A stretch of 64,000 bases of DNA, taken from Macrostomum lignano. Taxonomy: Eukaryota. Shown here piece after piece: positions 25,764-37,419 of this stretch (positions are counted from its first letter, which is position 1; each line of letters starts with the position of its first letter). The notes under the pieces were generated by a model that had not been told where the DNA came from, made no database searches, and saw only the letters and a list, made by a program, of their open reading frames with translations. A program made the position numbers and the translations under genes. Location of the stretch: contig NIVC01002331.1 in NCBI GenBank assembly GCA_002269645.1, positions 119,125 to 183,124 on the forward strand, in the 5' to 3' direction.

Positions 25764-25786
25764 CTGCAAGCGAGCGGGTGGGAGTT

Positions 25787-25984
25787 GTCTATGGCTTAGA
25801 CTGAATAGTCTATGGCTCAGACTGGATAGTCTATGGTTCAGACTGGATAGTCTATGGCACAGACTGGATAGTCTATGGTTCAGACTGGATAGTCTATGGC
25901 TCAGACTGGATAGTCTATGGCTCAGACTGGAAAGTCTATGGCTCAGACTGGATAGTCTATGGCTCAGACTGGATAGTCTATGGC
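25787..25984. repeat. 21-bp minisatellite CTATGGCTCAGACTGGATAGT
   Basis: About 9 units. Confidence 0.93.
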
Positions 25985-26994
25985 TGTTTTTATATCGCTT
26001 AGACCAGTTTTTTATCACAAATTATCAACAGTATCAAGTTTCCTAGAGATGAAGCTAAGCTAGCTGCAATAAATCGATATATTTTGTGCAATGCTAAGTC
26101 CGACTACATTCCTATAGGCCCCGTAGCCCAAACTCGAATTTTCTCCCTGCTCATCGGCGGCACAGCGGAACTGGGAACATGAGGCCAGCACGACGGCTTG
26201 CTGGGAAAGAAATCAATGAGACACTTCAGCTGCTAGGCAATAGCGTCATAAAAATTTTGAGGCATCGGCTCCTCGGGGTTGAACATGAGAGATCATATTT
26301 TTGACCTCGAAACTTGAACATGAGAGATCATATTTTTGACCTCGAAACTTTCTTAAGGTCACTGGCCGGCACTCGACAGTGGAGATTCTAATTTTGGGAC
26401 TATTGATTAGCGATGGGGAGGACTGTGGCATAAGATTTTTGTCAACACGTTTCGCTTCCACCCCCCCCCCCAGTTTTAGTGATGATGATGAAGGAGCGAA
26501 GGGTAGACGGGCCCAGTCTCCAGGGCAAGCTGGAAGTGGACTCAAATCGAACTCTCCAGTGCTCCTCTACTCATATAGAAGCTACAAGCAGAGCGGCGCA
26601 AATCCCTGTGGAAATTAAAAAGGAAATTGTCTGGCGGGTTGCGTCACAGGCCCGCTTAATCAATAGGCTGCTCCCAACAGAGGCTTATGGGCTTCCTCAC
26701 CCGGTTTCTCTGCACGCATATTGTACTGCTCAGCTCCTCAGATCTCATATGGCGCACGCTATTGCCATAATTACTGCTAAATTTAATCAACCATTCCTAG
26801 CTGAATGGCTTTCTTAATGCTCAGTTCAAACAGCTCAAAGACGGATACTTCACCTCAGGTACATCGTAATAAATTCAACTGGTATAAAATGCCCTAATAC
26901 GAATATTAGATAATAAAATGTGAAACTTCGATATAACACTGATTAAGAAATTCATCTTTCTCGATTTTAGTCTCTCTCTGCATATTCATATCTA

Positions 26995-27732
26995 TCCATC
27001 ACTCTGTATTACTCTCCACTCAGTATTACACTCCACTCTGTATTACTCTCCACTCAGTATTACACTCCACTCTGTATTACTCTCCACTCAGTATTACACT
27101 CCACTCTGTATTACTCTCCACTCTGTATTACTCTCCAGTCTGTACTACTCTTGACTCTGTATTACTCTCTATCGATCTGTATTACTCTCCACCGATCTGT
27201 ATTACTCTCCACCGATCTGTATTACTCTCCACCGATCTGTATTACTCTATATCGATCTGTATTACTCTCCACCGATCTGTATTACTCTCCACCGATCTGT
27301 ATTACTCTCCACCGATCTGTATTACTCTCCACCGATCTGTATTACTCTCTATCGATCTGTATTACTCTTCACCGATCTGTATTACTCTCTATCGATCTGT
27401 ATTACTCTCAATCGATCTGTATTACTCTCAATCGATCTGTATTACTCTCAATCGATCTGTATTACTCTCTATCGATCTGTATTACTCTCAATCGATCTGT
27501 ATTACTCTCTATCGATCTGTATTACTCTCTATCGATCTGTATTACTCTCAATCGATCTGTATTACTCTCCACCGATCTGTATTACTCTCCACCGATCTGT
27601 ATTACTCTCAATCGATCTGTATTACTCTCCACCGATCTGTATTACTCTCCACCGATCTGTATTACTCTCCACCGATCTGTATTACTCTCCACCGATCTGT
27701 ATTACTCTCTATCGATCTGTATTACTCTCCAC
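26995..27732. repeat. 20-bp minisatellite GATCTGTATTACTCTCCACC
   Basis: Tandem units visible. Confidence 0.95.
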
Positions 27733-28427
27733 CAATTTTTATTACGCTCCATCGCTCGGTATCACTTTCTGCCTCACTGAACCTCATGCTGTGCCCAGCA
27801 AGGCAAAATGCAAGCGGGTAGGGAATTAAAAAACCCCTGGCGACAGGCTTAATTAACGAATCCGGAAGTCCCGTCTTCTCCTGCCTTCGACTTTTTTTTG
27901 TCAAGCATCTCTCGCTCTCTCTCCCTTTCGCTCTTCGCCCAGAAGTCATCATTCATCACCAACAGTTGGCGCTGCAAGACAGACAGGAAAATTCCAACAA
28001 ATCTTCATAGATATTATAATTAATACGGGCACAGCATGGTGCCATCCGTAGGCTGCATCAAGGAGGCCAAGAGCCAGATTATGGAGAATCAATTCTTCTC
28101 CCAATTTCGGACAAACCACTATGGCGTTTGCTGCGTCATGTGGTGCAAAATGTATCATAAACTTCGGTTTGGTACTCGTAGAAGCGACTTTTTAAAACTT
28201 GCTTTTCAATTTTAAAGCTAAATAAAATAATTGAATTCTAAGCAATACTAAGAGCCAGTCAGAGGAAATTTACACTCGAGTTTCTTAGAAACGCGCTGAA
28301 GGCCGATAAGGAACGCATATTTGTCGTATCGCCAATTCATTCAGTGTGCTCTCGAGAACTCATAGCGCTGATTGGGGTTTTGCCATAGACAAAAAATCCG
28401 GTCGAAAAATATCCGATTTCTTTAGAG

Positions 28428-28645
28428 CAGGGGTCGGCAAATCTTTTTACCTCAAGGGCCAGATAGAGAACCAAGAGACTGACTGCGGGCCAGAGGAGGG
28501 GAGAGATGAGAGGAGAGATAAGAGAGAATAGATTCGAGGGAAGAGCGCTGAGAATAGATACAAACCTTGAGCGGGCCGGATTGCTATTGTGAAGTTTCAA
28601 ATGACCCGAGGGCTGGATAGAGAATTCGAGTTTGTGCGAGTTGTC
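28428..28645 (+). mobile_element. hAT-Charlie-like non-autonomous element (left end clear, right end degenerate)
   Basis: CAGGGGTCGGCAAA...AAGGGCCAGATAG...GCGGGCCAGA...GCGGGCCGGATT is the terminal/subterminal pattern of Charlie-type MITEs (MER58-like); preceded by CTTTAGAG, close to the NTCTAGAN target consensus. Confidence 0.6.
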
Positions 28646-29804
28646 ATGCACAAAAGTTAAATTGAAATTCAGGTTTTTTCAGCCTGGGGATCAGACTGGG
28701 GATTTGGGCAAGAATCCCAGCTCCTGGTCTCCCTGGCTGCATCTATCTGTAATGCACAGAACTTTTTATAGCCATACGAACCCTCCCACACCGCAGAATC
28801 CATATTTATTTTTCTGCGACTGTCGCCAGCAGCACTGGTGAGGCAGGCGCTGTGAGGGTCGCCGCGCGTGGGAAAGGAGATTTGCGATTTGGGATTCTGG
28901 GGATGAATCCTAGACATTCGGGAAAAGAGCCTGCGCGAGACGATGGGATAGGGATTATAAATTTTTTGCTTGGCCCGCCACACCGTGGAGGAGAGCGAAA
29001 AGAAGCACCGATCGTCTGGAATTTTTAGTTTTACATTATGGATTTTGGAATCCCATTGGGGAAGCTGGTTGGCTGCAGATGGAAAACGCAGGCCTACTAA
29101 ATACTGGTCTTAGTTAGGAGTCTCAAGTTTCTATAGTGTGACCTCGAGGGCTTCGGGATCAGCAGCAGGCGGCGTGTTTTGGGAAAAATTGTCCAAGGAT
29201 AGAAGACACTTTGCGCAGAACATCTGAGGTCAACACTTTGCCGCGGCCGAGCAGAAAGTGAACGGCCTGGCATTTAATGCGCGAACAGGGGAAAAAAGAA
29301 GACGGCAGGCTCTGTTTCCTCTGCTCCCATTTTGACTACTTGCCAGCCTTTTCATTTCGCTGGGAGCTAAGAGGAAAATGAAATTTTTTCAAGATGTCCT
29401 TCCAGGATGCCCCTGGCGCTCCATTCTTTGTTGCTATGCTATCGCGGCTGCTGCTGTTACTGCACAGAGGTTTGAAAGCTATTGAAGCTTAATGGGCCGT
29501 ATGAGGGTAGCAACACCCCTCCCCCCTCAACCAAAAGTCTAGAGTTTCCAATGCCTAAAATATCTAATAAATGGTACAGACGGGGACTAAAGGAAAAATC
29601 AATCAATCAACCAATCTGTTTGGTTGTTGATGCCACCAGAAAATAGATGGCCGAAATGTTTGTTTATTGTAAACTGCTGGCTGGCTAAGTGCCTGGCTGC
29701 GAAAGTATCGAAACAGATGGGAAAATAGGAGAGATGTGGGGAGATTGTAGGAGACTAAGGGGATAGTGAAAGGATAGGGAGAGAAGAGAGGAGAGGGCGG
29801 GTAG

Positions 29805-30095
29805 AGGGGGAGTGACGGGTAGAGAGAGACGGGTAGAGAGAGACGGGTAGAGAGAGACGGGTAGGGAGAGAGGGGTAGAGAGAGACGGGTAGAGAGAGAC
29901 GGGTAGAGAGTGACGGGTAGAGAGTGACGGGTAGAGAGTGACGGTTAGAGAGAGACGGGTAGAGAGAGACGGGTAGAGAGTGACGGGTAGAGAGAGACGG
30001 GTAGAGAGTGACGGGTAGAGAGTGACGGGTAGAGAGAGACGGTTAGAGAGAGACGGGTATAGAGAGACGGGTAGGGAGAGACGGATAGAGGGGAG
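29805..30095. repeat. 14-bp minisatellite GAGAGACGGGTAGA
   Basis: Tandem units visible. Confidence 0.92.
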
Positions 30096-30814
30096 AGACG
30101 GAGAGGGAAGAGGGGGAGAGTCAGGCAGAGATAAGGTAGCTGGGAGGAAGAGAGAAAACACAGAGCTAGATAATAAAAGAGGGGGGAGTGGAGAGTGGAA
30201 AAAGATAGAGAGAAACTAACAAATAAGATAGCAGATACAAACGCCATTTAAGAGATTAGAGAAAGAGTATTACAAAGTAGAAGGAAGCCAGATCGAGACT
30301 GTTGTTGATAAAAATTCCTGGCCAGAGGTAAGCGGACACACACAGAGAGAGAGAGAGCGGGTGACCACTGCTAGAAAAGTAGTGGGATTTTAAACGCACA
30401 TACAGCATCCCCCCGGCTGTCAGAAAAGTGCAGCGGCACCGCAAAGGGGCAGCGGCGGCGGCATGGGTCGTGAAGGCTGCATAGTAGGCACAAGCAGCAG
30501 AAATAAAAGATGAATGGATTCAGGAATGCCGCTAGCTGTCTGCTGTACTGATCTGCGCACGACAGCGGGGCAAGTAAATGTATGCCAGACAGCCTCAGCC
30601 CGCTCCTCTCGAATGCAACTGCGCCATTTAAACGGAAAAGTAGTAATAAAGACTTGTTCGAATTTTGCGCCATTTCTAATGCAAAAAAAACTTAAGCAGT
30701 TTTGACAGCTTGAACTCGATGCAAAAACTTAACTGACTGTTAGGACAAACTGAAATTCAGAAGCTCGTGATCAAAACCTGTAATTTTAATAATAATTCTT
30801 TCTTAATAATAATT

Positions 30815-31004
30815 CACGCTCACACAGGGTGTACAGCGGCCCCGACTTTCTAACCGTCAGGCATGTAAACTCTCGTGCCTTGGAGGCTGGTCCTCATGGC
30901 TGTGAATCGCACGGCCGCCCCAAATTAAGGAGGCCGCGCACGGATTCGAACCAGGGGCCGTGTCGCGGGAGTCCGACGCGTTTACCGCTGAGCAGCTCCG
31001 GCCC
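30815..31004 (-). mobile_element. SINE family X, copy C (tRNA head plus central domain, 3'-truncated)
   Basis: Reverse complement: GGGCCGGAGCTGCTCAGCGGTAAACGCG...GGTTCGAATCC...CCTCCAAGGCACGAGAGTTTACATGCCTGACGGTTAGAAAGTCGGGGCCGCTGTACACCCTGTGTGAG. Confidence 0.8.
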
Positions 31005-31251
31005 TTTTAACATTGGCTATAAGGCTACACTCTGTGTCGAAATTCTGAGTTCGGGTCTCCGCGTCTCATTAGGAAACTCTGTCTGTCTGTCTGTCTGTCT
31101 GTGATTCTGAGAATTTCCAAAAAAACTCAACTCGCAACCAGCGGCCGAGCTCGAGCTCAAATCAAATTTTCATTCCGATGGCCGGCAAGTAAATTTCCTG
31201 AGGCTGATGAGAGGCAGAGAATCCCAAAAAAACCTGAGCCGCGGATATATA

Positions 31252-34200
31252 GGATTTGGACGGATTGTCATTAGGATTTGGACGGATTGTCATTAGGATT
31301 TTGAAGGATTGTCATTAGGATTTTGAAGGATTGTCATTAGGATTTTGAAGGATTGTCATTAGGATTTTGAAGGATTGTCATTAGGATTTGGACGGATTGT
31401 CATTAGGATTTGAACGGATTGTCATTAGGATTTTGAAGGATTGTCATTAGGATTTTGAAGGATTGTCATTAGGATTTGGACGGATTGTCATTAGGATTTG
31501 GACGGATTGTCATTAGGATTTCGACGGATTGTCATTAGGATTTGGACGGATTGTCATTAGGATTTGGACGGATTGTCATTAGGATTTGGACGGATTGTCA
31601 TTAGGATTTGGACGGATTGTCATTAGGATTTGGACGGATTGTCATTAGGATTTGGACGGATTGTCATTAGGATTTGGACGGATTGTCATTAGGATTTGGA
31701 CGGATTGTCATTAGGATTTGGACGGATTGTCATTAGGATTTGGACGGATTGTCATTAGGATTTGGACGGATTGTCATTAGGATTCGGACGGATTGTCATT
31801 AGGATTTTGAAAAAGTGTCATTAGAATTTGTACGGATTGTCATTAGGATTTGGACGGATTTTCATTAGGATTTGGACGGATTGTCATTAGGATTTGGACG
31901 GATTGTCATTAGGATTTGGACGGATTGTCATTAGGATTTGGACGGATTGTTATTAGGATTTGGACGGATTGTCATTAGGATTTGGACGGATTGTCATTAG
32001 GATTCGGACGGATTGTCATTAGGATTTTGAAGAAGTGTCATTAGAATTTGTACGGATTGTCATTAGGATTTGGACGGATTGTCATTAGGATTTGGACGGA
32101 TTGTCATTAGGATTTGGACGGATTGTCATTAGGATTTGGACGGATTGTCATTAGGATTTGGACGGATTGTTATTAGGATTTGGACGGATTGTCATTAGGA
32201 TTTGGACGGATTGTCATTAGGATTTGGACGGATTGTCATTAGGATTTGGACGGATTGTCATTAGGATTTCGACGGATTGTCATTAGGATTTGGACGGATT
32301 GTCATTAGGATTTGGACGGATTGTCATTAGGATTTGGACGGATTGTCATTAGGATTTGGACGGATTGTCATTAGGATTTGGACGGATAGCCATTAGGATT
32401 TGGACGGATTGTCATTAGGATTTTAAAGGAGTGTCATTAGGATTTGTACGGATTGTCATTAGGATTTTGACGGATTGTCATTAGGATTTTGAAGGATTGT
32501 CATTAGGATTTTGAATGAGTGTCATTAGGGTTTTGAAGGAGTGTCATTAGGATTTTGAATGAGTGTCATTAGGATTTTGAATGAGTGTCATTAGGATTTT
32601 GAATGAGTTTGATTAGGATTTTGAAGAAGTGTCATTAGGATTTTGAAGGTGTCATTAGGGTTTTGAAGGAGTGTCATTAGGATTTTGCAGGTGTCATTAC
32701 GGTTTTGAAGGAGTGTCATTAGGATTTTGAAGGAGTGTCATTAGCATTTAGAAGGAGTGTCATTAGGATTTGGACGGATTGTCATTAGGATTTTGAAGGA
32801 TTGTCATTAGGATTTTGAAGGATTGTCATTAGGATTTGGACGGATTGTCATTAGGATTTGGACGGATTGTCATTAGGATTTGGACGGATTGTCATTAGGA
32901 TTTGGACGGATTGTCATTAGGATTTGGACGGATTGTCATTAGGATTTGGACGGATTGTCATTAGGATTTGGACGGATTGTCATTAGGATTTGGACGGATT
33001 GTCATTAGGATTTTGAAGGATTGTCATTAGGATTTGGACGGATTGTCATTAGGATTCGGACGGATTGTCATTAGGATTTGGACGGATTGTCATTAGGATT
33101 TGGACGGATTGTCATTAGGATTTGACGGATTGTCATTAGGATTTTGAAGGATTGTCATTAGGATTTTGAATGAGTGTCATTAGGATTTTGAATGAGTGTC
33201 ATTAGGATTTTGAATGAGTTTGATTAGGATTTTGAAGAAGTGTCATTAGGATTTTGAAGGTGTCATTAGGGTTTTGAAGGAGTGTCATTAGGATTTTGCA
33301 GGTGTCATTACGGTTTTGAAGGAGTGTCATTAGGATTTTGAAGGAGTGTCATTAGCATTTAGAAGGAGTGTCATTAGGATTTGGACGGATTGTCATTAGG
33401 ATTTTGAAGGATTGTCATTAGGATTTTGAAGGATTGTCATTAGGATTTGGACGGATTGTCATTAGGATTTGGACGGATTGTCATTAGGATTTGGACGGAT
33501 TGTCATTAGGATTTGGACGGATTGTCATTAGGATTTCGACGGATTGTCATTAGGATTTGGACGGATTGTCATTAGGATTTGGACGGATTGTCATTAGGAT
33601 TTGGACGGATTGTCATTAGGATTTGGACGGATTGTCATTAGGATTTGGACGGATTGTCATTAGGATTTTGAAGGATTGTCATTAGGATTTGGACGGATTG
33701 TCATTAGGATTCGGACGGATTGTCATTAGGATTTGGACGGATTGTCATTAGGATTTGGACGGATTGTCATTAGGATTTGGACGGATTGTCATTAGGATTT
33801 GGACGGATTGTCATTAGGATTTGGACGGATTGTCATTAGGATTTGGACGGATTGTCATTAGGATTTGGACGGATTGTCATTAGGATTTGGACGGATTGTC
33901 ATTAGGATTTGGACGGATTGTCATTAGGATTTGGACGGATTGTCATTAGGATTTGGACGGATTGTCATTAGCCATTAGGATTTGGACGGATTGTCATTAG
34001 GATTTTAAAGGAGTGTCATTAGGATTTGTACGGATTGTCATTAGGATTTTGACGGATTGTCATTAGGATTTTGAAGGATTGTCATTAGGATTTTGAATGA
34101 GTGTCATTAGGGTTTTGAAGGAGTGTCATTAGGATTTTGAATGTGTCATTAGGATTTTGAATGAGTTTGATTAGGATTTTGAAGAAGTGTCATTAGGATT

Positions 34201-34310
34201 TTGAAGGTGTCATTAGGGTTTTGAAGGAGTGTCATTAGGATTTTGCAGGTGTCATTACGGTTTTGAAGGAGTGTCATTAGGATTTTGAAGGAGTGTCATT
34301 ATTTGGATTT
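31252..34310. repeat. 22-bp minisatellite GGATTGTCATTAGGATTTGGAC (~3 kb) with thrice-repeated variant block
   Basis: Variant block containing GCAGGTGTCATTACGG at about 32690, 33300 and 34250. Confidence 0.97.
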
Positions 34311-34911
34311 GAAAGAATGTACATTGGACTTCAAAGACACCTCAATTCTATTTTATCAGGATAAGAAAAGAAAAGATAAAAAGAATTGTAAATGAGCATA
34401 CAAAAAGAAATAAGAATATTAAATTTCTACAGCAGCATAACCCTCCGAGTCTCAATGAGATCTTACAGTAGACTTAGCAGCTGGCGGACAACTCAAAGAC
34501 TACTCAAGTTATTAAGGACAGCAGCTCAACTAAGAAAAGATCAGATGAAGCGAAGCGAAGCAGAACAGCTGAGAGACCAGCTTGGGACGAGAATCAAAGC
34601 ACGCTCCGGCGAGCTTCAAGTCGGATTAGGCGCTGCCCCCTCTTGACCCCGCCTGAGCCTGAGCACAAAACGGCGAAGAGAGCATTAGAGGCGGCCGCCG
34701 GAACTCTTGCCGCGTTTTACAGCCTCCTTGGGGACTCATCATCATCTGAGATCCGCTTCTTGGAGTCGGCAGAGCGGATGCTCAAAGAACTATGCGGCAG
34801 AATTCGTTGACAGAGCTTTGACCTCAAAGACGGCAGACATAAACTGCTCCGACAGTGCACAGCTGAGGTCAATTGTTTTGGAACTTGCAAGTCTATTATG
34901 ATTGGTTTTGA

Positions 34912-35975
34912 TCCCCGGTTCCCTGGTGTCTGTGACCCCCGTTCCCTGGTGTCTGTGACCCCCGGTTCCCTAGTGTCTGTGACCCCCGATTCCCTGGTGT
35001 CTGGGATCCCCGGTTCCCTGGTGTCTGTGACCCCCGTTCCCTGGTGTCTGTGATCCCCGATTCCCTGGTGTCTGTGACCCCGGTTCCCTAGTGTCTGTGA
35101 TCCCCGATTCCCTAGTGTCTGTGAACCCCGATTCCCTGGTGTCTGTGACCCCCGGTTCCCTGGTGTCTGTGACCCCCGGTTCCCTGGTGTCTGTGACCCC
35201 CGATTCCCTGGTGTCTGTGACCCCTGATTCCCTGGTGTCTGTGACCCCGGTTCCCTGGTGTCTGTGACCCTCGGTTCCCTGGTGTTTGTGACCCTCGGTT
35301 CCCTGGTGTCTGTGACCCCCGATTCCCTGGTGTCTGTGACCCCTGATTCCCTGGTGTCTGTGACCCCCGGTTCCCTGGTGTCTGTGACCCTCGGTTCCCT
35401 GGTGTTTGTGACCCTCGGTTCCCTGGTGTTTGTGACCCTCGGTTCCCTGGTGTCTGTGACCCTCGGTTCCCTGGTGTTTGTGACCCTCGGTTCCCTGGTG
35501 TCTGTGACCCCCGATTCCCTGGTGTCTGTGACCCCTGATTCCCTGGTGTCTGTGACCCCCGGTTCCCTGGTGTCTGTGACCCTCGGTTCCCTGGTGTTTG
35601 TGACCCTCGGTTCCCTGGTGTCTGTGACCCTCGGTTCCCTGGTGTTTGTGACCCTCGGTTCCCTGGTGTCTGTGACCCCTGATTCCCTGGTGTCTGTGAC
35701 CCCGATTCCCTGGTGTCTGTGACCCCCGGTTCCCTGGTGTCTGTGACCCCCGGTTCCCTGGTGTCTGTGACCCTCGGTTCCCTGGTGTCTGTGACCCTCG
35801 GTTCCCTGGTGTTTGTGACCCTCGGTTCCCTGGTGTCTGTGACCCCCGATTCCCTGGTGTCTGTGACCCCCGGTTTCCTGGTGCCTGTGACCCCCGATTC
35901 CCTGGTGTCTGTATCCCAGTCTCCTGTTGTCTGTGATCCCCAGTTCCTAGCTCATGAATCCCCGGTTCCCAGTTT
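34912..35975. repeat. 24-bp minisatellite CCCTGGTGTCTGTGACCCCCGGTT
   Basis: Tandem units visible. Confidence 0.95.
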
Positions 35976-35999
35976 ATGAGTCCCCAGTTAGCCGCTCAC

Positions 36000-36144
36000 C
36001 GAGCACGTCATAATCGTAGGAGCCGTTGCGGCAGATCAGGCGCAGCTTGAAGAAGGAGGTGAGCACCCGGGTGGACGGCATGAACGGGGCGGGCAAGCCG
36101 GGATCGTTCAGGCAGACTCGGCCCAGCCTGGTGAATCGCGGCAA
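36000..36144 (-). CDS. Semaphorin-like exon (Sema domain core)
   Basis: ccctcatcag|TTG CCG...GTG CTC G|gtgagc; FTRLGRVCLNDPG...LTSFFKLRLICRNGSYDYDVL, matching the Sema signature 'SRVARVCKND.GG...WTSFLKARL.C'. Confidence 0.9.
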
Positions 36145-36234
36145 CTGATGAGGGACAGGGCGGTGAGGAAAATGATTAGAACTTATGGGAGCGCAGCAGA
36201 CTGATAAACTTGCCTGCCTAACTGGTAAATCTAA

Positions 36235-36620
36235 CGACCGATAAAACACTTTGCCACCTGCCTACTGCATAAAATTACCGATTGATAAACCTACCTCTAC
36301 CCAGCTGCTGGATAAATCCACCCATTGATAAACCTACCCTCTACCTACCTGCTGGCTAAATCTACCGATTGATAAACCTACCCTCTACCTACCTGCTGGC
36401 TAAATCTACCGATTGATAAACCTACCTTTATCCACCTGCTGCATAAATCTACCGATTGATAAACCTACCCTCTACCTACCTGCTGGCTAAATCTACCGAT
36501 TGATAAACCTACCCTCTACCTACCTGCTGGCTAAATCTACCGATTGATAAACCTACCCTCTACCTACCTGCTGGATAAATCTACCGATTGATAAACCTTC
36601 CTCTTATCTACCTGCTTGAT
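36235..36620. repeat. 44-bp minisatellite CTAAATCTACCGATTGATAAACCTACCCTCTACCTACCTGCTGG
   Basis: Tandem units filling most of a 635-nt intron. Confidence 0.92.
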
Positions 36621-36779
36621 AAAGCTTCGAAACCTACTTAATATGAGTAATAGCTCTGATAGCTAAAATTTACCTACTAGTTAGTCTACTAGGAGCAATA
36701 GTTTCAAAGCCACTATCAAACAGGTTGCACTAGTTCTGAACAAAAGTGAGACCAAACAGCACGCAATCTTGATCTTCAC

Positions 36780-37419
36780 CTTGATTGCTTGACCGTCGGG
36801 CGCAGCGAAAGCGTCCGGGCCGTTGACGCTGCCGCAGTAATTGTCCAGCTCCAGCGCCGGCTCGGTGTACAGAGCGTACAGCCGCTCAGCCACGGTGCCC
36901 AGCGCCAGCGGAGTGGCCGACTTGGAGATCCACAGCTCGCGGCTACGGCGAGAATAGCCGTCAGCGCTGATCCGGCCAATCCGATCATAGCCCGGAGTCA
37001 GCAGCTCCACGAGGTGCAGCGAATCCGGGAATCTGGCGAACTCGCTGATGAACATGCGGGACAGGCCGCCGGAGCCGTCTGGGAGGCCCAGCGACACACG
37101 ACGTCGCTGACGTTGGACGCCGAGGCCGGCGCCGCCGTCGCGCCATTCAGGTGGCGGTTCAAGCCAGCTGGGCGCCAAAATGGCGCTAATCATATCGCGA
37201 AGCCGGTCGCCTATCGGTTGCCAAGGTCCGTTGCTAATGACAATAAATAAGCGACAGATTGGCGGCGAACTGGCCGACTCGCGGGCGCAAGCGAAGGCCC
37301 GGGTGGAGTTGGCGAAGTACAGGTACTCCACCTGCAGGCTGGGCCCGTCCGAGTCCGGCCAGCTCAAAACTTGGCGGCGAGCGGTCAGGTCGGCAAACGG
37401 AACCTCGAATACCGCGTTG
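36780..37419 (-). CDS. Semaphorin-like exon (N-terminal half of Sema domain, divergent)
   Basis: Probable acceptor cccctggacag|C AAC GCG, donor ATC AAG|gtgaag (phase 0, fits the next exon); NAVFEVPFADL...LSWP, FACA...PIC, ELWIS...LYALYTEPALELDNYCG align loosely to Sema blade motifs; 5' boundary less certain. Confidence 0.75.

Noticed and set aside
34392-34901. Short ORFs between the 22-bp and 24-bp arrays
   Set aside because: No recognisable domain or coherent splice signals; the semaphorin exons on either side already join in frame.
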